This document shows, piece by piece, positions 23,501-36,784 of a stretch of DNA of 64,000 nt (positions are counted from its first letter, which is position 1; every line of letters begins with the position of its first letter). The notes under the pieces were generated by a model. That model was not told the origin of the DNA. It did no database searches and saw nothing but the letters and a program-made list of their open reading frames with translations. The position numbers and the translations under genes are program-made. This DNA is from Octopus sinensis. Its lineage: Eukaryota. The stretch lies in assembly GCF_006345805.1 (NCBI RefSeq), contig NC_042997.1, forward strand, positions 102,610,001 to 102,674,000, given 5' to 3'.

Positions 23501-24138
23501 AGTGCTCATGACTTTGGAAAGTAGGGATGGGGAAGAAGAAACTACAACTCCTGGGTTGCTGCAGTAGGAAGCATCTTATTAAAATATTGAGTTTCCTCAG
23601 TTTGGAGATCTGATCTGAATGTTTACAGCATTATGGGCTTTGTGAAAGGCAGTCTAGAGGGGTAGTTAGTTATTGGTGGTGGTGCTAAATCAAGTAATGG
23701 ATTTTTGTTTTCTTTCTTTTAAACTACAGTATTGCATTGAAAAATCTCTATTATAAATCATATATAAAGATATTATCAAACTTTGTCCATCACAGTATCA
23801 TCATCATCATTATCATTTAACGTCTGTTTTACATGCTGGCATGGGTTGGATGTCAACCATTTTACAAAGTGCACTGGATGCTTTTCGTGTAACACCAGCT
23901 CCAGTATCAATTTTGCTGTGGTGGACTGGTCTTGAGTACAACAAAGCACCAAATATCTCAGTCTTTTGTCATCTCCTTTGTAATATGAATATATTATTTT
24001 TTATACTTTATCATTTTATCAAACACTTTTCTGTTTTGAATGATAATTATTTGTTTTGTTTTGTACAATGTCTACTGCTTTTGCCTTTCTTAATATTGGT
24101 GATAATCTCTAATCATGATGCACATAATCTCTTTTCAG

Positions 24139-24228
24139 AGGATGTAAGTCCTCCTGAGCCGAGCATGAAGTGGGCTGATATCACAGATCGAGCTGCAAGA
24201 ACAACCTTCTGGGGAGAAATGATTGGTG
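24139..24228 (+). CDS. NDUFS8: NDUFS8 coding exon 3
   Basis: (K)DVSPPEPSMKWADITDRAARTTFWGEMIG resembles human [23 protein letters not shown]. cttttcag acceptor, GGTG|gtaaga donor. Confidence 0.9.
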
Positions 24229-24299
24229 GTAAGATTATTTAGAGTTTATCCTTTATGGTAGTGATTTTGCTCTATGTTGTATATGTGTGTGTGTGTGTG

Positions 24300-24330
<31 letters not shown>

Positions 24331-24712
24331 ACTCTTTTATTTGTTTCAATCATTTGATTGTGGCCATGATGGAGCACCGCCTTTAGTCAAGCAAATCGAC
24401 CCCAAGGCTTATTCTTTATAAGCCTAGTACTTATTCTATCGGTCTCTTTTGCTGAATCGCTAAATTACAGGGACATAAACACACCAGCATCGGTTGTCAA
24501 GCGATGTTGAGGGGACAAACACACACACATACATATATATATATATATGACGGGCTTCTTTCAGTTTCCGTCTACCAAATCCACTCACAAGGCTTTGGTT
24601 GGCCTGAGGCTATAGTAGAAGACACTTGCCCAAGGTACCACGCAGTGGGACTGAACCCGGAACCACGTGGTTGGTAAGCAAGCTACTTACCGCACAGCCA
24701 CTCCTGCGCCTA
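24331..24712 (-). mobile_element. Abundant tRNA-headed SINE family
   Basis: Shared core ccactcacaaggctttggt...gctatagtagaagacacttgcccaaggt...gggactgaacccgg. Further copies or fragments at about 3480-3610, 5540-5900, 36850-37230, 38670-38830, 42440-42610, 43115-43415 and 47850-48240. Confidence 0.8.
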
Positions 24713-25097
24713 TATATGTGTGTATGTGTCATCATTATTTTTATGTCTACTTTTCCCTGCTTGCATGGGTCAGATGAAAGTACATTGAAACAGTGATTTT
24801 TTTTATGGCCAGATTCTCTCCAGTCACTAATCACCCCTTGTTACCAAGCAAGGTAATAAGCTCCTAATCTATTGAACAGTAAACAGCCTGGACATGTTTT
24901 ATGCAGGAACAGCCACACAAGCATGCATGCCCCCCCCACCACACACACACAGCAGGCTTCTTTCAGTTTCCATCTACTAAGTTCATGCACAAGGCTGTGG
25001 TTGGCTTGGGGCTATGATAGAATGACACGTGTGAAAGTATGTTGCAAAAATATTTCAAGGTATTCCTAATTATTTCTTTTTTCTCTTTCATTTCTAG

Positions 25098-25270
25098 GTC
25101 TTGCACTTGTATTTGGTCATCTTTTGAAAGAGCCTGCCACAATCAACTACCCTTTTGAGAAAGGCCCACTCAGTCCACGATTTCGTGGGGAACATGCTTT
25201 ACGCAGGTATCCATCTGGAGAAGAAAGATGCATTGCTTGCAAGCTTTGTGAAGCTATTTGCCCAGCTCAG
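25098..25270 (+). CDS. NDUFS8: NDUFS8 coding exon 4 (first 4Fe-4S motif)
   Basis: [47 protein letters not shown] is essentially identical to the recalled human NDUFS8. tttctag acceptor, CAG|gtaaca donor. Confidence 0.97.
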
Positions 25271-25349
25271 GTAACAGATCAGAAATTGCATGATTTATCT
25301 AGATTATTTATGATGATATTGTATTTTACTGTTTAGAATTATAATTTAA

Positions 25350-25569
25350 CTCTTTTGTTATTGTATTTATTTTGAGATGCTCTCTGCTTCTTTCATTTAC
25401 TTTAAATATAACAAAGACTTTAGTAAAATAACTTAGTTATCATTCAGCTAGTGTTAGGAACATAAATTGTGACTAAGGTTTGGTGGAAGATTTTAATTCA
25501 AAATTTATGAAAACAAGACATTTGTACTCAGAGCCAGAGCTGGTTTCAGCTGGGTTAGTAACAAAAGGG
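25350..25569. mobile_element. piggyBac-type MITE
   Basis: TTAA flanks (25346-25349 and 25570-25573) with ends CTCTTTTGTTA / TAACAAAAGGG. Confidence 0.65.
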
Positions 25570-26024
25570 TTAATTTATAATTCGTTTTTAATGGTTCAAC
25601 TCAAAGCAGATAAAGCTATAAATAATAGCGTGTAAATATTGGGTCAAAAATCCTTTCGGATAGAAATAGTTAAAGGCTGCCTATGGGACTTGAACACATA
25701 TCTTCTGTAACCATGACAGATGTTATACCACTGGAACTAGAGCTACTCGTCAAATTTCTCTATTCTCTTTAAAAACTGTTTTTACCAGCAAGTATTGTAT
25801 CATTATTTAACGTCTGTTGTCTATGCTGGCATGTGTTGGACGGTTTGACCGGAGCTGGTGAGCTGCACCAAATTCCAGTCTGATTTGGCATGGTTTCTAC
25901 AGCTGGATGCCCTTCCTAATGCCAACCACTTTGTCATAAGAATTTGGAAACTTTGAGAGAATTTGAAATAATTTGTTTTTAACAGTTGATAGGTTATAGT
26001 GTTTTTAAGTCTACTATTTATTAA

Positions 26025-26382
26025 CCCTTTGGTTATGTAATTAAATTTCTGCTCATTCCCATAATGATATTAATTATCTGCCAAATGGTAAAATTGATAT
26101 TTTCTGCTTTTGTAGATACTTTTTGAGTACCTCTTGCAGGTATGGTTTTCATATCCACCACTGAAAGTATTTGATTCTCTCTCTGTAAAGATGTATTTGA
26201 TAAAATATGTGGAAAAAAATTAAGAAAATCTGAAAAATTGTCTTTAAAAAGTGTCACAGGAGGGTGTCTCCTCTTGCAGCAGATGGAGAGGTTTTTTTTC
26301 TAAGTTCTGGAGTAAAATTGCTCTTTGCAGTTAATGATAGTGAAATGTTGAGCAGATATATCTGTATTCCAGACTAAAAGGG
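26025..26382. mobile_element. piggyBac-type MITE
   Basis: TTAA-CCCTTT at the left end and AAAAGGG-TTAA at the right end. Confidence 0.65.
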
Positions 26383-27446
26383 TTAAAAGCAAATTATTTC
26401 ATGTTCTCTCTAAGTTTCTAAATTTTAATAATGTAAACAACATACAGCTCTTGCTAGTTAGAACAGGGTTTCTAAAATGGATTGAGAAATTCAAGGGGTT
26501 GCTTTGGTCCAATGGTAGAATGTCTGTCCTGTTTAATTTGTATATTTTTTGGCAGTAACTTTTGTTAAGAATTTAATATTTGTTTAGTTTCTCTCTTAGA
26601 GATAACTTAGAGTTGTATAAACTCGTGTCTAAAGAAGTGGGATAGTTGATTGATTGTTTCAGGGCAATTCATAGATTTAACTGCGGACTTGGACAGGCAT
26701 GCATAAACAACATATAACTCTGTCAAATTTTGTTTATGTCATTAGAATTTATAATCTTTTGAGAAAACATGCAATAATTAGTTTTTGGAACAGTGAATCT
26801 CGATGCACAAAAAACTCTAAATTGCATTTGGTGAGAAATAGTCAAAAGTTGTCATGTCTCCACAGGCCTGTAATGCCCCACAGGCAGCCTTCAACTTTTT
26901 CTGTGCTTTGAGATTCACTGTTCCCAAAAAAGAACTGTTAAATTTGTTGGTTCACAATAGCCATGCTACGATTTTTCACTATCTGTGAACCTGGGCAATG
27001 CAAGTAACTAGTTGCTTCAGTCTGTTTGCTATTGTATTAGCATTAACCATAAATTCAATTGATCTAAGAAAATGTAAAAATTACAAATTTGCAAGGTATA
27101 TCTCATGCTAGCATTGAAAAATAGAGTAAAAACTTAAAAAAAAACTCGAAATTGAGTGTATGGTATCCCTTTATCCCTTTACTAGTTTTGTCACTGGACT
27201 GTGGTCATGCTGGAGCACCACCCTGGTACTGGAGCAAGCTGTGTATGGTTATATGCTCAAACCTTGCTTTGTGCTTGTAAAAATATTGCACTGTTAGATG
27301 AATGTTAATCTGCCCAGCTGCTGTTTTCATAGTTACAAAAATTGTTGTAAAATCATTTGTTTAAAATGTGTAAATATCTAAATTTTCAGCAATCACTCCA
27401 GTCAAACTAGTAAAGAAAAATTTGGTATAAATCAGTTGTTTTATGA

Positions 27447-27713
<267 letters not shown>

Positions 27714-29697
27714 TAATAATAAATATAAATTATAGCTATGGTAGTGTTTAAATTTTCATGCAAACTGACTCTACAATACTATTTTGATTCCATATATGTG
27801 TGTCTTTGATGCCTTTGTGAATGATGTATATCATCATCACAATTTTATATCCATTTTATATCCATTTATATCCATGTAAGATCTTGATGAAGAATGAAAG
27901 TGAATTTTCACAAAATATATTTTGTTTTCATTACCTTAAAAATCATTTTAATGTATAACATTCTATTCTGTTCCTCTCAAGTTGGTGCTTATTGCATATA
28001 TTGTTCAGGTTAATAGGTGCGGGAATAGCTGTCTGGTTAAGACGTTTGCTTCACAACCATATGGTCTCAGGTTAGGCCTCACTGTGTGACATTTTTGGTC
28101 CTCAACCAACCAATGCTTTGTGTGTAAATCTGGCAAACAGAAACTGCACAAAGCCCTATGTATATGTGCATGTGTGTCTGCATTTGTTTACATTTGTGTT
28201 TCTCTGAAAATTGCTCAGCTACAAGCAGAGAGATTGTTGTCATTTCCCCTGTCGACAAATCACATCTTGGTTTTGTGCTTTCAAAGATGTGAAATAAGTG
28301 ACTCTTCACTTGAAAAACAAGTAAGGGTCAGTGATAAGAAGGACACCCACCTGTAAGACGATGCCTCAACAATATATCCATCTAATCCATGCTAGCATGG
28401 AAAAGTAGATATAAAAGAAATGAATGAATTAAAACTTTTACTAGAAATTACAACCAGGATGTAACTTCAACAGATATTAACATGGTCACAAGTATGGTTG
28501 TGTAGTTAAGAAGTTTGTTTTGGAAATACATAATTTTGGGTTCAGTTCCAACTGAACAGTGCCTTAAACAAATGTTTTCTAACATAGCCTTGGGTTAACT
28601 AAAACATCGTCTATGAAATTGGATAAACTGAAACTGAAAGGAAGCTCATTAAAGGGACTATTCCTGTTCTTTAGTGGTTTGCTTCATAATTTGGTCCTTG
28701 GGTGCATTTAGCAGGGTCCACTTTATTGCTAGGATTTAGGTCAAGTCTCTGGGGAGAATTTCTTCTCATCTGTCTTGGAGCCCTTAAAAAGGATCATGGA
28801 TGCCACCCTTCCTCCTCTTAATAAGCAATTAAAACAATCATGTATTCAGTGTAGTCACAATTTCACTATAATTGACTTTGTTCCATTTCACTGATAGACT
28901 TTGTTTCAAGTTCAAAGGTTAGATGAATGCATATTGTTGAAACATTGTTTTACAGCTGAATGCCCTCCCTACCTCTAAAGCTAAGCTGTATTTTTAAGTA
29001 AAAGAATTTCCATTCCACTTATGTTCTGAAGTGCTGAGCCATCAAATGGTTTGTTGACTGGGAAATGACAAAAGACAATAATTTTTTATGCAATTTCAGA
29101 ATGTAAGCATTCATACACACTTGCACACACTCACCCGTGCGCATACACACACTCACCCGTGCGCATACACATACTGAAGTTTGTATAGTTTTTGTTTACC
29201 AGATTTGCTCACTAAGTATTGGATAATGTAGTAGAAGGCACCAGCCCAAGATGCTGTGCTGTAGGAATGAACTTAAAACCATGTGGTTGCAGAGGGAACA
29301 TCTTAACTATTTAGCCATGTCTGTATCAAATATGCTAAATGAAAAATTGTAGTTAATTTTGGAACCTAATTTTACTTCATGAAATCTTTCGTTATAAACA
29401 TTGATTTTACAAAACTGCATTAGTATTTACCATAATTTTAATTTCAGTGTGAAGTATATCTGATATCCATTAAACATTTCTGACAGATATACTCATCATC
29501 AATTTCTATAATTTTCTTATACCATTCATTACCTTAAAAATTTTTTTAAGTTGACTCATTTTTACTTTAAATTTGTATCCTGATATTAGAGTGTAGATGA
29601 TTTGTTTAAATTATTTTTGTAGTCATGCATTTGTAAAAATTTCAAAAATGCTCTGGATAGACTTCCTTATGATTTTCTTTTTTTTTTTTTTTTTCAG

Positions 29698-29829
29698 GGT
29701 CCCAATTTTGAGTATTCCACTGAAACTCGAGAAGAATTACTTTATAATAAAGAAAAGTTACTTTCAAATGGTGACAGATGGGAACCTGAAATAGCTGCTA
29801 ATCTCCAGGCTGACTATTTATACCGATAA
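29698..29829 (+). CDS. NDUFS8: NDUFS8 terminal coding exon 6
   Basis: [43 protein letters not shown]. Poly-T tract plus cag acceptor. ATTAAA at 29952-29957 is a likely polyadenylation signal. Confidence 0.97.
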   Translation, partial: GPNFEYSTETREELLYNKEKLLSNGDRWEPEIAANLQADYLYR

Positions 29830-32559
29830 CTAGTTTAGTACTAGTTTAGATTACCCCTGACAGCATGAGTTTGTAACTTGTTTATTTTCTAGGTGGAGTT
29901 CAATAGGTTGACATTTTGTACTGAACTTATGCATATGAAAATACCTTGTATATTAAATTACATTATTGCAAATAATGCCTGTCATTCTTTATTTCTTAAA
30001 AGACCTGTCCTTCACAGCAGAAATGTTAATTTCTGTATCCCCTGTTGAAGAGGATTGGCCTGCAAGAGTCCTATGCTGGTGCTATATAAAAATCACTCAT
30101 GCCAGCACCATGTAAAAGTGCTTGTGCTGGTGCCAAGTTAAAAGCACTCAACACATGGATGTTAAAGGATGATTATGATGAACAAACAAGAATAATTTTG
30201 GAGGTGTATTTGCCTGGCAAATGATTTAAATATGTTAAATTCAATTGCACCAACTGCGACCTAGACACTGACACAAATTGAAGATAACAGTCTGTGTGTT
30301 TTTGAATGACTAATATGTGCCTTCCATGCTGTAGAAAAGAATATTTTCCCTTTAAACAGCAATGTTTACTGAAAGAATATATATTTGGCATTACAGTTTG
30401 TTAAAATTTGTTAAGAATTGCAGTTATTTAAAAACAGAAATGAAAATATCAAATACTGTTAGAAGTGATATTATCAGAACTGGCATAAATTTGTGAGAGA
30501 TTGTAAGCTTTAACTGTCTCAAAGATAAGAGACATATACCAGATAAACTAAGTAATAAAGGGTCATAAGGACTACTACAAAGTTAAAACAAAGTAGGTTT
30601 GTGATGAATAGATTGAATGTATACTACCATGTGAAACTTGGCAAAGAGCAAACTGTTCAACTTTGCAGTTATTGATTTGTGTCAAGTCACCCATTGAGTG
30701 AGTATACCCACGGATCAAAGGCACCCTAGTTATGACCATCTCTTTTGTACATTAAGGACAACATTATCTGATGAGTCTTTTTTTAAGATGGTAATATGTG
30801 AGTTGAAGATTTGGCTGCTATTTCTAGCTTGTTGAGTGACTGTAGAGGCTCTGTTAACTTGATTGCTCTGAATACAGTGAGATAACAAATGTTTATACTT
30901 AGGTTGCAGATCTAAAACTTGACCAACATGATTTAAATACAGAGTGACAGAAAATTACTGAGCAGAGACCCTCAAAAATCAAGGAGATTATCACAATCTG
31001 TGAATCTTATATGAATTTTGCATCACCAATACTTTTAGCTGATTGAGAACCACACCCCTTGCTTGAAACATCACAATTACTTTCTATTTGAAATACTTTA
31101 TCTTAACTGACTGTAACTTATCCTTTGGATATGATCAAATTCCCAATGATGATCATATTGAAGGTGAGAGAGAGAAACTAATTCATTCTTTCAAAGCTAA
31201 GATTTCACATCATCATCAGCATTCTAAAAGTTAGCTATAATTGTATAGGAAATATTGCCATGGTAATATTGCCTAGATATGCGAAACACACCGACACAAT
31301 ATCCATTGCAATAATGGGATACATATAGTTGCTCAACTTACTTAAGATAGTAGTCAAACATCCGTCAACCTTTTCTCAAGATCCCACACATAACAAGAGG
31401 GAAAAGATTGGACCATATAGTTTCTGGTTGCACTACAGCTGAAAAAATGATGGAACAGTCAGGGTTAGAACAGCTTTGATCAGACTATGGAGCTAAACAA
31501 TAACTACACAAATCAAGTGCTTGGAAAAAGTACAGGTAAAAACGTGTTGAGAAGAATTATACTGGGCCCATAAAAAATATATCTAAGATCATGTATGTAT
31601 AATACATCTACACCTCCAGGAAAGGAAAAAAAGACTTCACTCTCTTAGTAAATTTGGAATTTGAAAGAGTACCTAATTGATAAAACTACAAAGTTGTCTG
31701 TAAATGAAAGTTTACATTAATGCATCAAAGAGATGCTTTCTGTGATGACCTAAAGCACAAGAATCTCATGCAGGTTTTTGAGAAGCTCTACTAAAACCAT
31801 GTCTTCATTGTACCACGAGATTGAGAAGCAATGTGTAGTGACTTCCTTGACTGGTCATCAGTGCGATTGCACTTGGAGAAATTCTCAATGGGTGATGTAC
31901 AGGTTGGTTGCCCATCTATTTTTTTCACATCATCAGTTCATTATTTCTTCTGTGGTTTTATGCAACAAAACTTGCTTGAGATAATACCAGGCAAGATGGT
32001 TTGCTGTGGTATATCAGTTTCTGCTAACATACAATGTTTAACAGGCTTAGCTAAGATTTCACATCATCATCAGCATTCTAAAAGTTAGCTATAATTGTAT
32101 AGGAAATATTGATCAAGGACATAGGTGTCAATCTTGCAAGCTTTATGGAACCTGGAGCAGTGGTATTGAATTGCAGACTTGATAGCAAACACATCTTACA
32201 TAATTCTTTCCAACAATAGAGAGAATGGAAGCCCACTTGAGCAGAAATTGGTTATTGGTAAAACACCTTTGGTAGACAATGCAGAACCAATGTGGAAGTC
32301 TCTACATGGTCAATTGACTTGTTAGAAATAGCAGCCAAATTACCATCAAATTGTACTCTACAATCATATAAAAGGGAACATATTGACTAAAGGAGTTTCT
32401 GATATAGAAAACAAAAGGGTGGTTATGGTTGGAAAGTCATTACCATAGATTTCTTTGGTCAGAGTTGACTTAAAGCTAAACAATAACAAAACCAAGAAAT
32501 AGTTTGCAACAACCTGTTATACTCACTCAACAACTGGCTTTTGATAGGTACAATGTGAA

Positions 32560-33012
32560 TATGAAGAAATTGCATGGAGTGCTAAGAGCACCATCCTAAC
32601 GTGATCGTTGCCAGAGCAGCTAACTGGCTTCTGTGCCGGTGGCATGTAAAAAGCACCATTCAAGCGTGATCGTTACCAGAGTGGCCTTACTGGCACTTGT
32701 GCCGGTGACATGTGAAAAAACATTCAAGCGAGGTCGTTGCCAGTGCTGGACTGGCTCCTGTGCAGATGGCACCTAAAACACACCATTCGAGCGTGGCCGT
32801 TGCCAGTACCGCCTGACTGGCCCTCGTGCCGGTGGCACGTAAAAGCACCCACTACACTCTCGGAGTGGTTAGCGTTAGGAAGGGCACCCAGCTGTAGAAA
32901 CTCTGCCAGATCAAGATTGGAGCCTGGTGCAACCATCTGGTTCGCCAGTCCTCAGTCAAATCGTCCAACCCATGCTAGCATGGAAAGCGAACGTTGAACG
33001 ATGATGATGATG
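32560..33012 (+). mobile_element. RTE 3' UTR copy
   Basis: Colinear with 14860-15300; (gat)n tail at 33000-33012. Confidence 0.85.
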
Positions 33013-33129
33013 TTAGTTTCTCACTAATAGCCAATGAAATAACTAACAGTAAATACAGGCGTTTGGTTCAATTGATTACATCTTTTTCTCACTCTCACTC
33101 CCTTTATCACATTTGCTTACTTGCTTGCT

Positions 33130-33480
33130 TATGATGACCCATCAAAAGTGACGGCAGCGTTGATCCAGGACATTCATCCTTCTCTGCCTCCAACACATTG
33201 TTTCTCATGGGAGCAGACATGGTTGAGAAAACTGATATGAGAGAAACACTCCTGTAGCACTGAGGGCACAGAAAGTGACCCTGAACAACAGCTGCATAGG
33301 GCTGATGATGTCTCCTCTTCCTCCATACAGTTTCCTGTGTTTCGTTTCAAAGCTCTGTACTCCAGAATCACACATAAGCTTGCATACCTTCTGATTAATA
33401 GGCATGTGTTCAACCATAAGATTTTATAAACTTTCAAGAGAATGCGAAATAATTCTTTTTTGGAACAGTAAATCCTGCAG
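33130..33480 (-). mobile_element. Decayed RTE/BovB-like LINE C-terminus
   Basis: Frameshifted ...CDSGVQSFETKHRKL / KRRHHQ...GHFLCPQCYRS / FSHISFLNHVCSH resembles the terminal CCHH finger of RTE ORF2. Confidence 0.55.
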
Positions 33481-34010
33481 CACAAAGCTATAAATGAAAG
33501 CTTATGAGGCTACCTTCGACACGTTTTGTATCCAAAAGAGGTTTTTCAACCCGATATTTACGTTCTATTATTTATAGCCTTGAGCCTGTTTCAAGAAAAG
33601 AATTAATCCAGTATTCACAGACACGCACGTGCATGTGTGCAGAGAACTAATTATCCATTTGATTTAACTGGAGAGAAAGAAAGACAGAGAGAATTAATGT
33701 ACTTACCCCCCCCCGCACACACATTTATTTAATTTAACTGAGAAGGAGAGAAAGAGACAGATAGAAAGCTAGTAGGTGTAAATGCGTTCATTTTGAAATG
33801 CATGTTCCATCATGTTCTATCGTAATTGTGGATGTAAAGGAGTTTCTGAGTAACCTTAAATGATTCGTCCTGCTTTTCCCACCAATTATCGACCCAAAGT
33901 TTAAAATAAACAACCCCACCACAAAAAACAAAACAAGAAAGTATTCTGTTAGCCATAGTTTTGTTAAAATCCATTTTTTTTTACGATCGTTCGAACTTTA
34001 CAAAAGTAAG

Positions 34011-34403
34011 ATGGCGGACTTAGTGAAACAAACTGCATTAAGTGAAAGGTAAACAAATGATGGTTAATAATACATTTGATTACACACACATGCACATGTA
34101 TGTACATACATACATGCAAAACATCACACGTGCACATACGTTTGTACATACATGCATGTATACATACAAACATAAATTCGTACATACATTAAAATAGAAA
34201 GGATCAATTAAATCAAGGCAAATTAACATAGAAGCATCTCCGCAAGTTTTTGGCTTGGTCGATTGCTCCATATAAACTTCTAGGTGATTCAACTGTTCAG
34301 ATCAGCAGTCAATACTAAGTTTAAACAGCTGTTCACTGGTGCCGAGTATCCTGCAAATCCATATTTGTATCAAAGGAATAATGGTACATTTTATGTAGTG
34401 TGA
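34011..34403 (+). CDS. Candidate unannotated spliced ORF (exon 1 34011-34048, exon 2 from 34301)
   Basis: aagATGGCGG start and AG|gtaaac donor, then a ctgttcag acceptor that keeps the frame open: MADLVKQTALSERSAVNTKFKQLFTGAEYPANPYLYQRNN. The 3' end is uncertain; read-through stops at 34403 with AATAAA about 20 bp later. Confidence 0.45.
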
Positions 34404-34777
34404 TATATATAGTAAGCAAGAATAAACCGAATGAATACGTCAGAGCATCACTACAAGTGTTTCAATTGCCAGTTTATTCCAAGTATGAGTATAATTGCAC
34501 ATCTTATATAAATTCCTATCATATAACAGTCACTTCTTCAAGCAATATGCAAGAGTGGTGGTCAATCCCACTTGATGGTTTTATGGGGGTGACATTTTGG
34601 GGTCTGCTGTATAATATAAACAGGAGAAGCAGCAAACTCAAGGGCTGCCTTGGGTAGTGCACACTCAAGCTACGTCACTGTTCGGGTGAAGGTTTCTGGT
34701 TCAACGATACTTACCGCACTTCCTCCCGCCAGTTTCAGTGGCCTTGTAAAGGTTCTGCTGTCTCCACTAACGAAAAG

Positions 34778-34815
<38 letters not shown>

Positions 34816-34826
34816 TATATATATAT

Positions 34827-34873
<47 letters not shown>

Positions 34874-35019
34874 ATAAATGGCGGTGCCCCAGCATGGCCA
34901 CAGCTTGTGAGCTGAAACTAGATAAATAAATAAATAAAATTTATGAATGGGAAACCTAAGGTAATCCCATAAACCGACCTTCCCCATTTTTAATATATAT
35001 ATAATATATATATAATATA

Positions 35020-35062
<43 letters not shown>

Positions 35063-35375
35063 CATATATATATATACATTTTTACTCCACTACCTTTACT
35101 CCCTCTCCTCACTTAGTGGTCATTCTAATAGCTCTTTTGTCTTAATAACGGTCAATCACACAGTAATTTCCCTTTGTCTAATGGTCATTTCCATAGCATT
35201 TTTTTGAGGGCCCGGTAACTGAAGAGATGGCGGCGTGGGTTTCTGCCCCGACATCTGAAACTCGGAGTTTTATCATGGCTACCGAATAATTGTACATATT
35301 ATATTTACAGATAAATTCCCCTATTTACATAATATCGAGGTCTCTTTCATTCTTTTGTTGTCTTACCATTTCTAT

Positions 35376-35450
<75 letters not shown>

Positions 35451-36102
35451 CGAAAAAAGGTTTGAAAATGCAATTTTAAAAGATGTTTATTTACTTTACC
35501 GGTTTCACTCTTTGGAAAAAGATTGTCAAAAGTAACATGTAAAAGTTTGGTTGCGTTAATTATTGGTGCTACATACACACACACACAACACCAAGACAAT
35601 CACACACACGGTTGACAAACGGGCATACATATACACACACCATCCTACCAAATTTCTAAAAAAACACACATCTATTTACACCACAATGGACCCTGGGACC
35701 AATCAAAAACAGCCCCCCCACACACAGACACATGTATACATATATACACACACACAAAGACACACACACTCACACCATTCTGACCTCCATACAGACACAC
35801 ATATACACACACATGCACACACACAACACCATGACAAATGCCAATCACACACATACATACACATACACACACACAACACCATACACACCATCCTACCAAA
35901 AAAAAATACATATCTATTTATACCACAATGGACCCTAGGACCAAACAAAAACAGCCCCCCATACACACAAACACATGTATACATATATACACTCACACAA
36001 AGACACACACACTCACACTATTCTGACCTCCATACAGACACACATATACACACACATGCACACACACAGCACCATGCCAAATGCCAATCACGTACATACA
36101 TG

Positions 36103-36139
<37 letters not shown>

Positions 36140-36784
36140 TTGACAAACGGACACACATATACACACACCATCCTACCAGATTTTACAAACACACAGACAC
36201 ATCTATTCACACCTCATATGTATATACACACACACAGACACACACACTCGAACCATTCTGACCTCTAAAGACCAATCCCCCAAATCATTGATGCGTGAAG
36301 GAGAGACAAAAAGGAGAATTTTTTTTCAGTTCCACATTACTCTTCCTTCCCTCCACCCAAACACACAGTGTCCCTTGAAATAGATAATATTCTTTTACGT
36401 TAACATGGTGGACAAGTCAGTTTTAGCTTCCCTACTATTATAATGTAAATCTTTTTGAACTCATAATATTCTGTGCGTGTATACCAATATTCCACTGAAC
36501 TTTTTAATAATTCCTTCTGGAAATTATCTTTTACATTTTCTTGAGAATGTATATATTTGTTGTAATATTTTGTGCCCAATATTTCAATGAACTTGTTAAA
36601 CTTTTTTATGTTCTTAACATGCTCTTGTCACCAAAGACTGTATATATGTAATGTAGCATTTTGTAACAACCAATAAATAACGCAACCAAACTTTTACATG
36701 TTACTTTAACAATCTTTTTCCAAAGAGTGAAACCGGTAAAGTAAATAAACATCTTTTAAAATTGCATTTTCAAACCTTCTTTCG
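35451..36784. mobile_element. Unclassified element bounded by about 115-bp inverted repeats, in a (TA)n tract
   Basis: 35451-35566 is the near-exact reverse complement of 36670-36784, with TA on both sides. The interior has a CA-rich tandem duplication of roughly 250 bp. Confidence 0.75.

Noticed and set aside
29722-29745. NDUFS8 [10 protein letters not shown] versus the recalled human STETHEELLY
   Set aside because: A single substitution outside the Fe-S motifs. As I recall, Arg occurs here in other eukaryotes, so it is not treated as notable.
33205-33417. 70-aa ORF superficially like COX7A (LYGGRGD...LLFRVT)
   Set aside because: The neighbouring frames reconstruct a frameshifted RTE C-terminus with a CCHH finger, which explains the region better.
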